Assembly: GCA_030704615.1 (NCBI GenBank)
Contig: CM060731.1
Coordinates: forward strand, 66,836,001 to 66,900,000
DNA from: Takakia lepidozioides
Taxonomy: Eukaryota; Plantae; Bryophyta
DNA: 64,000 nt
Reading direction: 5' to 3'
Shown here: piece by piece, positions 1-12,105 of the stretch
How positions within the stretch are numbered: the stretch's first letter is position 1
How the letters are laid out: each line of letters begins with the position of its first letter
Notes under the pieces: generated by a model
Told to the model about the DNA's origin: nothing
Database searches by the model: none
The model's input: the letters and a program-made list of their open reading frames with translations, nothing else
Program-made: the position numbers and the translations under genes

Positions 1-367
1 TGGACCCTCCTCATTTGTTTTTGAAGCCATGGTCAACGTCTGGCAGAGATTTGGTGGACAATACACCAAGAGTAACACTCTGCTCATTGACGATATCGCC
101 ATGAAATGTGTATTGAACCCGCCCGACTCATGTCTTGTTCTCAAAACTTTCCAGACTGTGGAGACTAATGGTTGTTATCTTCTCAAGGTTCTTCAGACCT
201 ATTTGCTTGGAATGAGAAAACATCCCACTGTTTCAAGCTATCTTAGGAAAAAAAAGATAGGGTTGAGTCTTTTCCCCAATGTTTCAAACGATCCTAAGTT
301 TATGCCACTTTGGGATTTTATTGAGGACAACGGTTTTAAGAGTCTCAGATATGATGCCTCAAAATAA
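1..367 (+). pseudogene. C-terminal part of an FCP1/NIF (HAD-family CTD phosphatase-like) domain, 5' truncated by the window
   Basis: ORF 29..367 VWQRFGGQYTKSNTLLIDDIAMKCVLNPP matches the plant FCP1-homology pattern VW..F..Y...NTLLIDD...K...NP. The locus continues after the LTR element insertion at 556. Confidence 0.65.
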
Positions 368-555
368 ATTATTTTTGATCAATTCCATCTCACTCGAGCT
401 ATTGAATATCTTCATGGTTTCTGATTTTCATTGTCTTGTAATCACACACGTGTTAGATATGGTATTCTCATTTTCACTCATTTTCAGTTGAATTCTGGAC
501 GCACATTCCGAGCAATCCCAAGACTCTGATACAGGCCTTCATATGGGGACATGAC

Positions 556-1076
556 TGTCACGGACACAGCCCAGAGGAATTTACCGGGAGTAGATACCAG
601 AAGTTATTAAGTTATCATGTTATCAAAAGTTACCGTAATCTACCATGAACTACCATATTTATTATAAATTATCATTAGTTACCAAATTACCGGGAGTTTA
701 CCAAATTACAGAGAGTTCCTTGGGAAACTGCTCATGAAGCTTCATTTTGAGGAAACTTCTCCATCAAGATACCTCCTTTGTTTAAGGAAAATTCTCCATC
801 AAGAAACCTTTGTTTAACCTTCGAAACTTCTCCATCAATAAACCTCTTTTGGGGAAGCCTCTTAGGGAACCTCCTAGTAGCCAATATATATAGGAGGCGA
901 GACTGGACACTCTTCAGTCTCGCCAACACGAGTTCAAGCTACTCTTGTTCCCAGTCCCAGTACTCCAGTCCAGCTTCCAGTACTCTAGTCCAGTTTCCAA
1001 TATCTGGTACCCCAGTCCAGTTTCCAACATTGCAATATTCGAGTCGAGTTCCAGTATCTTGTACTCTTGTACATTG
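556..1076 (+). repeat. 5' LTR, 3' end (U5) deleted
   Basis: Aligns with 12106..~12582, then runs directly into gag-like sequence. Internal GAAACTTCTCCATCAA and CCAGT short repeats. Confidence 0.9.
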
Positions 1077-2100
1077 CAGAGTCTTCAGCTCCAGATGCAA
1101 GAACTTCGTACCTCTACCGCCCAATTACAAGCTGATCAGTCTCAAGATCTTGGCAACGTTCTCCACAATTTGCAACAACAAATTTTAGAGTTAAAGGAGT
1201 CGAAGAATGGATCTTCAACCATACGAGTCTCTACTACAACAGCTCATACTGCAACGGTTCCTCTTTAACAGATTGCGAGAGAACCAAAGATCAGCATGCC
1301 CGAGAAATTTAATGGGACAAGATCAAGATTTCGCGGTTTTGTTCAACAAATACGACTGTTCCTACGACTACATCCACAACGCTACCCCGATGAAGGTATT
1401 CAAGAAGGATTCGTGGGCACCCTTCTATCAGGCACTACCCTATCTTGGTTTGCACCGATGTTAGAAAAAAAATTCGCATTTACTATACAATTTTGAAGCA
1501 TTCATGCCCGAGTTTACTGCAACGTTTAGAGAAAATGATAGAGAGAGAGTTGCCGAGACAAAGATGCGAAATCTTTGACAAAGAGCATGTCCTGCTTCCG
1601 TTTATGCTGCCGAATTTCAACAACTTGCGTGCGACCTCGACTGGAATGAGAATAACATCAGTAGTCAGTTTCGATGTGGTTTAAATGAGGATGTAAAAGA
1701 TTTGTTGCTGACAATGCCAAACGTGAGTACACTGAGCGAATTCATCACCCAAGTCATTGCATGCGATAATCGTTTGTTTGAAAGACGTCAAGAGAAGCGA
1801 TCTGGATGGTCGACGACGCATCATGCCGCTGCTACTACGGCACCAAACACAATGATCCATCAGACATCCGGTAGTGATCATATATAAATTGATGTTGTCC
1901 GATTCAAGCCATTGACGCCACAAGAAAAACAAAGACGACGCTCGAATGGATTATGCCTCTATAGCGGAGAAGAAGATCACATAGCATTAAACTGCCCCAA
2001 CAAGAGAAGATTCAAAGCTCAGGGCGTAACTCAAGTGTTTGATACGAGGAGGTCGGAAAACGAAGATGTCAAGTCACAGTTGGGACCATGTGGCTGGACA
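1077..2100 (+). pseudogene. Retrotransposon gag (frameshifted)
   Basis: MPEKFNGTRSRFRGFVQQIRLFLRLHPQRY, capsid-like segments, and a degenerate zinc knuckle RRSNGLCLYSGEEDHIALNCP. Confidence 0.85.
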
Positions 2101-2239
2101 CCACAAATTCCTCATAAAAAAAATCTCTGTTTCTACCTCCAGACCCTACATCTTGCTTTACAGTTTCGGTAAAAATCAGAATACCAAAAATAATACGACA
2201 TTTGCACTTTATGCGACTCCGATCAAGACCATAACAGAC

Positions 2240-3313
2240 AAAGGTACTTCGACATTACCCACTCAATATTAAGATTTCAAGGATGTCTTCGAGAAGAAAA
2301 ATGCAAACATATTGCCAGAACATCGACCTTATGACTGTGCAATTGAGTTACAAGAAGCTCCCAACCACCATTCGGCCTAATCTATAACTTATCCCAGACG
2401 GAGTTGATTGCATTACGTGAGTATATTGATGAAAATTTGTCGAAGAACTTCATCCGACATTCAAAATCACCTGCGGGGGGCGCCTATCTTGTTTGTGAAA
2501 AAGAAAGACGGATCATTACGCATGTGTGTTGACTATCGCAGTCTCAACAAAGTCACAATTAAGAATCGTTATCCGTTGTCGCTAATTTTTGGGCTTCTCG
2601 ACCAACTGGGACGAGCGAAGATTTTCACCAAAATTGACTTGAGATGAGCTTATAACCTTGTACGGATAAAATAAGAAGATGAATGGAAAACAGCTTTTTG
2701 AACAAGGTATGGACATTTTGAATACAGTGTTATACATTTTGGTCTTACAAATGCTCCATCAATTTTCCAACATATGATGAATGACATCTTTTGAGAAATT
2801 TTAGATGACTTTGTAGTCATATATTTGGACGACATTTTGACATTTTCACAGAATGAAGAAGAACATGGCCGCCGTGTACGCCTTGTCCTTGATAATTTTA
2901 AAAAAAAAAATGACTATATGCCAAGTTGGAAAAATGTCTTTTCCATCTATCTGAGGTCGAATTTCTGGGCCACATTATTTCCGACAAAGGCGTTTTTATG
3001 GATCAGAAGATAATACAAACCGTCATCGAGTGGATTAAACCAATTCGGTCCGAGATGTACAATATTTTCTGGGATTTGCAAATTTTTATAGAATCTTCAT
3101 CAATGACTACTCCAAAATTGCTGCACCATTGACACGACTCACAGGGAAGGACAAATTTGTATGGGACGAGAAGGCTGACCAAGCATTTGAAAGGTTGAAG
3201 CAGACATTTACAACGGCTCCAATACTGGTCTATGCAGACCCATCTAAACCATTCTTTTTGGAAGCAGATGCATCAGACTTTACACTTGGCGCGGTATTCT
3301 CTCAATACGGTAC
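2240..3313 (+). pseudogene. pol part 1: reverse transcriptase and start of RNase H
   Basis: [55 protein letters not shown]. Multiple stops. Confidence 0.9.
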
Positions 3314-3446
3314 AACTCAATTTTAACTAATTCTGGACTTTTTGCTTAAATCCGGACAAAACTTAATTTAATTTTACATTTAAATTAAATCAAATAATTA
3401 CAATTTATGAAGCAATGAATCAAGATTTAGTTTTCAAGTGAATGTG

Positions 3447-3616
3447 TATGACTCCAAATTCCTTAAACGTCAACATCAAAGTCGAATGACATACATTAGA
3501 CAATGTAAATGATACATATTACTAACACAATTTGCATGACTCCAAATTCATTAAACGTCGACATCAAAGTCGAATGATATACAAATTTAGCCAATGCAAA
3601 GGATATATATACTAAT
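3447..3616. repeat. Two-copy ~88-bp tandem repeat
   Basis: ATGACTCCAAATTC..TTAAACGTCRACATCAAAGTCGAATGA occurs twice, 88 bp apart. Confidence 0.85.
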
Positions 3617-4039
3617 TAGTACGAGTATCCATGAGACATCATTACCCAGTACATGTTGTCAATTAGTCTGTTATCCCCAATACAAATAAACTATATATAG
3701 TCCATAAACACCCTAGCCCTGAAACTAGAACATCTACACATAAGGTTGACATTCAGAAAACTGGGTGTGCGTCGCACGAAAATATGTTTTTGCAAATGCC
3801 TCCGCGTAGATAGGTAGCGTGTAAAAATGAAGACTCGAACTTAGACAAAATACTTTATTTTGTTAAAAAAAAAAATGTTGGTCTCGAATCCAAATTGACT
3901 CCTACAAAAGAATAACCACGAATATAAATTTATGAATACTAACACATGAATACAAGGCCCGAAGGCGAACTAAAAGGTATTCAAAATCAAAACGGTACAC
4001 GGAAATTAAAAAAAATCTTACTCACATGATAAATCTTAA

Positions 4040-4620
4040 GAAAATGTGAAAAAATGTATGGAACATATGGAACTTCTAAACATTTTTAATCGGAATAATT
4101 TCTCCAAACCAATGTATCAATGTACTCCAAAGCTATGTACATTTAATTTTTCAATGACTCGCTTCGGGATATGAGGTTTTGAGGTAGGGTTTAGGATAAG
4201 AAAAAAATGTGAAAATGGGGAAAAGAAACAACAGTGCATCGAACCTATAAGAACTTTCAATCAAATATCTCAACCTTGAATACATTGTACCCCAAAGTAA
4301 GAATGTGTTTTTTTAACGAGCTTCCAACATGGATATAAGGTTTTAGGAGCATAAAGTTTTAGAAAAATTATAAGTATGAATCACATAAAATATGTAAGAA
4401 AGTTTATGACCTATAAAAACGTTCAATCAAGTAATATTTTAACCATAATTGTATTATACCCAAAGCTGGAAAAATGATTTGAATGTACTTCAAATATTTG
4501 AATGAGGTTTAGGGTATAGGGGGTTGGAGAAGTAAAAGTACTATCAAGTACAAAATAAAATTGGAAGAGTGTGTAGAACATATAAGAATTTCCAAGTAAA
4601 TATCCCGGCCAGGGTCGACA
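4040..4620. repeat. Degenerate ~165-bp tandem repeat, about 3.5 units
   Basis: Recurring anchors (T)AC(T/C)CCAAAG at ~4121, ~4286 and ~4456, each followed by AGGTTT(T)..GG, plus GAACMTATRRGAA-like words. Confidence 0.6.
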
Positions 4621-5998
4621 TTGTTTATTTTGTCTTTCATTTAGCTGATGTCGTTGGATCTGGCCAGATCCTACGGAGGGGGTTTGTCCAAATCTTCAGC
4701 CACCACCTCTGCTGCGAGCAGAGACGTTGAAGCTGTTGCGAGTCGAGAGGTTGCGAGAGAGAGGGACAGAGCTTGGAGCGGTGGAGCGGTGAAGCTGCGG
4801 AGCGTTGGAGTGGCGGGCTGGTGCATAGGGGAGGAGTGGGGCATCACTTCACAGGTGGGTTTCCTGGCCTAAGAGTGAGAATGAGGAAAATGAGAGAGAG
4901 AGCAATGAGCAATGCATGTTTTAGGTTCATTTTCAATCTCACTTTCTTTTCACCTTGTGTTTGCTGTTGGGGTTTCTTGCCCTAAGAGAGAGAGAAGGAG
5001 AGAGAGAGGGGAGAGATGGTAAGGCATTGAAAATTGAATATTGTCTTAAAGTTGCCAACAAAATGACAATTGCATCTTCTTTCCTCTTAGCTTCTATTGG
5101 CTGTTCGGGCTTCCCGTCCTAAGAAATAGAGAAGGAGGGAGAGGGGAGAGAGGCAAGGGGATTAAATTAGATAAGGAATTTATTATCTTCAGGTTGCGGC
5201 AATTGCAATCTTCCTTTCCCTGTGAGCTTCTATTTGTTGTTCGGGCGTCCCACCTCGAGTTATTTTCAGGTTTTCTAATGGCTTTGGTACAGTAGACTAG
5301 GGCCAACCATGGGAAATGAAGGGAAATGAATTGAACGCTACTTGTACCATGGAAACACTACTTGTAACCATTCCAAATTCCCAAATATGAGACAACAAAT
5401 CATAAGACCATATGCATACACGATCGATAGTGAGTCGTAGAACGTCGACATTAATGTCTAGAAAGTCTAGAATGTCTAGAAAATATAGCAAACAACTTCC
5501 TGGTTCACGTAATCATGAAAAGCTAATGTCAGGAACATCGACATTAGTGTCGACGTTGTGGAGATTATTGAGGTCAAGTTAGGTTGGGAATGCGGTTCAA
5601 AGAGGTTGGGTTAGGTTCGGTTTTCATGAGAGTGAGTTTCATTGACGTCAATTTGGATTCTTGTACTGAGGTAAGATGCGGCAGGCTAGGTTGGGTGAGG
5701 TTTTTACATGAGCGTCTTCGTGGCGAAATGTCTCACTATTTCTTGACATATTTATCTGGAACGTCGACATTTGCGTCGACGTTCATTAGACCTGATGTAA
5801 AATCTCATGTCCCTTGCTTATGATCATACTGAATTCGACATAGGTAGTGGAAGAAATGTTCCAAAAAATAGTTTTCCTTAGTCTCCTCTGAAGGGACGTC
5901 GACATTCATGTCGACGTTGAAAATTTGGAACAAATTTTTTAGAGAGGTAGGACCAAATTAATTTTGTGTTTGAGTGAACTGAGGCAGTTCCTAGGTGG

Positions 5999-6487
5999 TT
6001 GTGTAGGAGTGATTACTCTGGAAAGGATGAAACGACCAAATACTCATCGAGCTTCTACCCAATTCCCGGAACTCCCGAATACGAGCTTCCGGACTTCATT
6101 GAACCACCTAAAATAGCCTACTCATCATCCGGTTCAGAGGCAGCAGACTCGTCTGGATATTGTCCGTCCTCCCTTGAATATATGCCAACTTCACCACAAT
6201 ACATTCGTTCCTCTAAACGAGATAGCCAACGGCCATATGAATACATGTTATTCTACCCTACCTATGTTCCAGAAACATACAGTCCAGAAACATACAGTCC
6301 AGATACTTACGTTCCACGCACGTCATACCCCGAAGAATATGAACTACCCATGGACAACGTCTGTGCCGAGATTCTTGGGCTATCGAGAACTCAAGGTCAA
6401 GATCAAAAAAGGAGTCCTCTTTTGGAACCTGTTTGGTTAGGCCGAATCTATTGTGATGAAGACTCTGGTCTCTGGACATTTGAGTAA
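5999..6487 (+). CDS. Tyr/Pro/Ser/Thr-rich ORF, probably a terminal exon, with Pol II CTD-like heptads
   Basis: 162-codon ORF with no ATG at the start and a candidate acceptor TGTAG|G at 6006. Contains YCPSSLE-YMPTSPQ-Y and TY(S/V)P repeats. AATAAA at 6541. Confidence 0.45.
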   Translation: MCRSDYSGKDETTKYSSSFYPIPGTPEYELPDFIEPPKIAYSSSGSEAADSSGYCPSSLEYMPTSPQYIRSSKRDSQRPYEYMLFYPTYVPETYSPETYSPDTYVPRTSYPEEYELPMDNVCAEILGLSRTQGQDQKRSPLLEPVWLGRIYCDEDSGLWTFE

Positions 6488-6766
6488 TGTTGTCTCATTG
6501 TTGAGGAATGTGTTGTAAATCTCAGTTGCTCTCTGATGTGAATAAAAGATGGATATTTACAAAGATTTTTCAATGTGTTTGAGTTTACAAACCTTGTGGG
6601 ATTTGGTTTGTCCTTCATTATATGTGGAAAAAATAGTGTGATTAAATATCATGGTCACGTCGTAAACATTTTCTGACGTCGACATTAATGTCGAGGTGTT
6701 TTCCTGATCAAATATTGGACATCTGGCTTTTGCAGTTCTCAGGCCCCCGAAGATTGCCAACCCGGA

Positions 6767-9700
6767 ATGTCTGCAGACATTTGTAGGGATTTCTTATCTG
6801 TCAGATCCCCAGGATACAAGACCGAGCATGTAGCTATAGACAAATTGAATAGCAGCATAAAAGAATTGGGTATTGAAGTCGCTGGGGAACCTCCAGATCA
6901 CAAGCTCCGGTTTCAGTTTAAGACGGGAAGCAATGTTACAGAGCTCAAGTACGGGAAGGAAGTGGAAACCCAGACGAACATGCAGTCTCCAATGCTGGTG
7001 ATCTTTGTTGCTGAGGATGGAAGGATGCCAAAAACATTCGGGTACGTAGCATCTGGAAATTTTGTCCGCAAGAATGTCATGAAACAATCAATCAAAAAAA
7101 AATTCAAGTTCAATGAAGACAGCAACATCGGTCAGGATACCAAAATATTTATCCGCTCCTGGGGCCGTTTTCAAGATGTATTGCTCGCAGCCGGTAATGA
7201 AAACATGAAACAAAGAACGGAAACACCAACAAGACGAAGACGTAAGTCTACGGCAGGGTCATCAGTAACAGAACAGGATCAGAAAGGTGTTCGATCATCC
7301 TCAAAGAAGCGGAAACCAAAGAAATCCATTGATCCAGCCCTTGCTCCCGACGTAAAGAGACCCAAGACAGCCGACATTTACGATAAGGATAAGTCAATAG
7401 AACTCGCAAAAAATCTAGTAGAATACTATGGAGACATGTTTCCATTCGGTTTTAGTAGAACTTTAAAAATACTAATATCGCGAATGAATCTTGCTCCTAA
7501 ATATATGGTTTACCGACCCTTGAACCTCAAGTACAAGGATGAGGTTAAAACCAGACTCTTGCAGCTCCGACATCTGGATGCCCAACATCTGGTATACCTC
7601 ACTCCAATTGATCCAGAGAAGGAGGACAATGTATGTGAGAAGATACCAACGAGATCAGCGGAGATCGACGATGCTTCGACGAAATTTTTCATTATTGGAG
7701 GGCAACACTCGATCGTGGCTGCCAAGGTACTCGCTAACCAGATCTATGTCTCTCGACTCTAGAATTCAACAAGTAGATTTTCAATTGGTCTAGAACCTCG
7801 ACATTCATGTTGACGTTATATGCTATGGACGTCTATTAGAATGAAGTAGGATACCGTCGAGTCAATTGAACGTTGACATCAATGTCGACGTCGAATGAAT
7901 TAAATCTTTACAACATGGAATTGTGTCTATAGGAACTTGTTGAGGATTTGGATACAGATGAGCAGCTCGTAAACTACTTTGGAGAATGGCCGGCCAGGAT
8001 TGTGTGGTCAAAAGAGCACTTGAAACTGGTGAAGCTCTCCAAGCTTCTAAATGATCCGAACAAAGCACAAAAGTTTTACAAGACTTTTAGCGGGAAATTG
8101 GGTCACCTGATAAGCTTTTATGCATCAATTGGGAAGCCGCCAAAATACAATGATAATGCAAAAAAGAACGAGACTGACTTGTGGAAGGTAAACATTCTTC
8201 TAATAGTCTTTTTCTTCATTTATGTACATACTAGTATCTAGATAGGGGTTTTGGAATTCCCTCACTGATAATTTGTTGGGTGTGAAAATAATTGTGCTCT
8301 TCATCCCAGGAGTTTATGCAAGCGGCACTGGTTATACTGGAGAAGAACTCCTTGAAAGAAGCGTTGGCATTGGTCCATGCTGATGAGGACATATGGGAGT
8401 TGTGGGAGACTGTGTTTCGAAAGTGGGACAAAGGGGAGCTCATTGATGCTATGGGGATTGTATGCAACTCTAAGCAGGTTCCATTGACCAAGTCGGCTAT
8501 CCAAAAGCTTCAAGGGCTTAACCAGCGACAGATCAAGAAGGTGGCACAGAGGATCCTAGACTTGAGGGTGAGCATTAGAAATCCATATAAGGGTAAGGAT
8601 CAAACCTTGAGGAGCATGAACGACTACATTGATTACATGAAAACACGAAGGTTTGTGGTTGATGACATCATGGTGGTACTCGGAGGAGCAGAGCGGTCCA
8701 AAAGCAATCCAGAACCGTACACGAAGGAGGAATGGACAAAGGTGAAACATGACCTCAAAATCACTAAGACAGTTTTTAAGGCCATGCAGTCCAAAACAAC
8801 GGCGGAATATTTGGCAGACAAGGCCAATATGAACAAGGTGACACCCTCGATCCCGGAGCCATTCAGGAGCTATGTACTGTCTTGGAAGAAGAAAATTGAG
8901 GAGATGGCGACCTACAACGACGACTTGACACGATCATTCAAGGACCGTTATGTCATGCTGGGTGCAAAGAGGAGGTTCTCGAACGCTGCCAGCCGTCTTT
9001 CATTCTTCAGCAAGAATAAATTTCAAAACATTGGTATGATCTTTGTGAACATAATTGGAGACAGAGAGGATCTTGTGTTTGAGAGGAAGGACTACATCAC
9101 CATAATGTCTGCCTTTATGAAGCGCAATGTCTTTTCAAACGTATTCGTGTTCTTCTCAACCCAAGCTTCCTCATCAAATCTTGTTTCTTACGTGCGGTAC
9201 GGTGGGGGTTCGAAGTACATTCTTCTTCAGGGAGTCTACCTCCCTGGATCAGAGGAGCGCAAATACGCAACCACCTCTGCTGCTTCCGCACGCCCTGTGT
9301 TATGCCTCGACTACGTCTTTCCTGCAACAGAGAACCAGCTCAAGACCCCATATACACACGTCCTGGCAACTCTTTTCAAGAAGCCATTGGAACCCGTGCT
9401 GCATGACACAGAAATTGAGCTCAGTGATAGAGAAATGGAGCTAAGAGTGTACAAGCACGAGCTACGGAGACAGGTTTATGAAATCCTCGTCGGTCAGTTC
9501 TGTCAGGAGGGGATGTCAGCCTTCAATATATTTGGTGGTCCTATGCTCAGCTACCATCTTCAGGTGAGCTAAGGATAATCACCTCCTCGTTATTACGACT
9601 CAAACGTCGACATGAATGTCGACGTCAACTGCCATTACTATTATATTGATTTCATCATTTGAATTTTGTTGACTTAGAAATAACAGTTATTAGTTCGTTT

Positions 9701-10095
9701 TGTAGGCACACAGAGTTCGTGTTGTGGATGTAAACCTGAAGAGTCATATTGAACATTGCAATGATAAGATGGAGACAACATTCAAGGTCCTCGAAGTGGA
9801 GAAAGGAATAAAGTTTCAGGAAGAAGGAAATGCCGAAAAACATGACGGTGCCTCTGACACAAACAAGGTTGCGGAGGTCTTTGATGAGGATGAGGACACG
9901 AAGTGGATGCTGCGGACAAAGAGGAGATTGAGGAATAACCACATGTTGATGAGGAAGCAGAAGATGGCATTAATGGTCAAGAGAGTGGTGGGAGCTCGGA
10001 CGAGTCCACTGAGGACAAAGATCCGGAGGATGATGATGATGACGTTGAACAGTAGAGGGCTGAAAAGCTTAAAACAGTTGGAACAGTTGGATTAG
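6767..10095 (+). CDS. Spliced ~950-aa protein with ParB/Srx-like domain and degenerate beta-class N4/N6 DNA methyltransferase-like domain; acidic tail frameshifted
   Basis: Exons 6767-7726, 7933-8187, 8310-9563 and 9706-~10095 join in frame through GT..AG introns. ParB-like motifs RPLN, FFIIGGQHSIVAAKEL, WPARIVW..LSKLLN. MTase-like motifs IGMIFVNI and YKHELRRQVYEILVGQFCQEGMSAFNIFGG. The gene model is better supported than the domain calls. Confidence 0.65.
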
Positions 10096-10121
10096 CTGGT
10101 GTCAACAGACTACACATATAC

Positions 10122-11950
10122 TACAGATGACCGACTCCACCTTGTTGGTTTTCGTTCTCGCAAATTTTCCGTTGTAGAGATCAATTATGAAATCCATGAC
10201 AAAGAACTTCTAGCGATTATCGATGCTTTTGAGGAGTGGCGTCAACTATTGGAGGGAGCTAAACATCAGGTCACTGTTTATACCAATCACAAAACCTCGA
10301 GTATTTTATGAGTGCTCGTGTTTTGAATCGACGTCAAGCGAGATAGAGTATGTCACTAGCAAGGTTTGATTTTGTTATTATCTACCGTCCCGGACATCTT
10401 AATAAAAAACCAGATGCTCTTTCTCGACGATCGTATCTTGCGCCAAAAGAAATGGATGCAGCTTTTGACCAACAAAAATCAACCAACAAATCTCCAATTG
10501 AATATGCTATCCATGTCCACCTATGACAATGCAGAGATCATAAAGGAGATTCAGGAAGCACTGAAGAGCAACCAATTTGCTACGACACTACGAAGTCAAC
10601 TAAATCGACTTTGAGACAACCCACATGTTACAAACGACTTCGAATTCAAAGATGGTTTACTTTATTTCAAGGGACTTCTCTATGTACCTCCAGGACCTAT
10701 ACGACTGCGAATTCTTCAAACATGTCATGATCTTCCGGCTGCAGGACATTTCGGCTTCAACAAAACAATGGAATTGATATCCAGGGACTATTGGTGGCCG
10801 CAGATGTGGAAACTCGTGAAAGAATTTATAAAATCTTGTGACACGTGTGCTAGAGCGAAGGGACCACGACATCGACCTTACAGCCTTCTTCAACCATTAC
10901 CCATTCCCAATGGTCCATGGTCATCCGTGTCTATGGACTTTATTACGGACCTTCCAATTTCCAAGACCACCGATTCAATCCTTGTTATTGTAGATCGTTT
11001 TACAAAGATGACACATTTCATTCCATGTAATAAGACGGTTACCGGCGAGGAAACTGCAAGATTCTTCCTCAATAATATCTACCGCATTCATGGACTCCCG
11101 AAGGACATCGTATCTGATCGATGACCACAGTTCATATCAAATTTCTGGAGGAGATTATTTCACATAATGGATACTAAGATCAATATCTCTACAACTAATC
11201 ATCCACAGACCGATGGTCAAACCGAACGCATAAAACAGGTTTTGGAGCAGTATCTTCGCTGTACGATAAATTATCACCAAGATAATTGGATGGACCCTAC
11301 AACAACACTATACATTCTTCGACCAAACAAACTCCATTTTTCTCCAATTATGGTCATCATCCTTGAGCAAACCCTTTCCACATGAAGACTGTTGGAAGCC
11401 CTGCTACAGAAAACCTTGCTACTCATCTTGCTACGATTTACAATGAGCTTACATTCCATCTCGCAGAAGCTCAAAAATAATACAAGGAGTATGCAGATCA
11501 ACATCGCCAACTCCAATCCCAGTTCAAGGTCGGAGATCGTGTGTGGCTTCTTCGACGGGACATACAAACCTCGCGACCATCAAAGAAGTTGGATTATTAA
11601 CGTCTGGGACCATTTAATTCTAATATTCGACAAATAAATCCGGTCAGTTTTCAGCTTGAATTGTCACGAAGCATGCGTATCCATCCAGTCTTTCATGTTT
11701 CATTATTGGAGTCGTATCATCCATCAAATATTCCAGGGAGAGTTTCCGTACCACCTCCACCAATCGAAGTCAATCAGGAAATCGAGGATGAAGTCGACGA
11801 AGTCCTAGACTCTCGCATCAAGTATAAACGTCTTGAGTATTTCGTACATTGGAAAGGCTACGACATCAGCGAACGAACGTGAGAACCTTCATCCAACCTT
11901 GCCAATGCATCTGACAAAGTCCAAGAGTTTCATCAACGATATCCAGCTAA
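10122..11950 (+). pseudogene. pol part 2: RNase H, integrase, chromodomain
   Basis: NYEIHDKELLAI, HD..AAGHFG..CDTC zinc finger, SMDFITDLP, IVSDR, HPQTDGQTER, IHPVFHVSLL, EVDEVLDSR..EYFVHWKGY chromodomain. Confidence 0.92.
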
Positions 11951-12091
11951 GCATGTTACAACGATGATGTCAGCCAAGTTAGCTTCAAGGTGAAGACTCC
12001 ACATTCAGTGTATTTGATACACACTAAAGAGGGAGGTTCTCCAACTCTAAGCAAGTCCAAGATTTTACCGCTCCTCGAGGAACTCGGCGCT

Positions 12092-12102
12092 AGAGGAGGG
12101 GG
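12092..12102 (+). other. Polypurine tract
   Basis: AGAGGAGGGGG lies 3 nt before the 3' LTR. Confidence 0.85.
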
Positions 12103-12105
12103 TGA

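Larger units (their letters stand above)
3467..9625. repeat. Dispersed 22-bp palindrome family, consensus ACGTCGACATNNATGTCGACGT, 10 copies
   Basis: Copies start at 3467, 3555, 5442, 5535, 5761, 5896, 6676, 7795, 7870 and 9604. All lie in non-coding or intronic DNA of the insertion. Confidence 0.9.
3314..10121 (+). mobile_element. 6.8 kb insertion in the RNase H of the chromovirus; probable left arm of a large DNA transposon-like element
   Basis: RNase H reads SQYGT at 3301-3314 and resumes T-DDRLHLVGF at 10122, with TACA repeated at both junctions. The first 29 nt are an inverted match to 15685..15713. It contains subterminal tandem repeats and spliced genes. Confidence 0.8.

Noticed and set aside
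778-1188. ORFs 778..1188 and 12320..12553 as genes
   Set aside because: They arise from CCAGT-type short repeats inside the LTRs.
3467-9625. CRISPR-like array from the palindromic repeats
   Set aside because: Spacing is irregular (75 bp to about 1.9 kb), the context is eukaryotic and intronic, and no cas genes are present.
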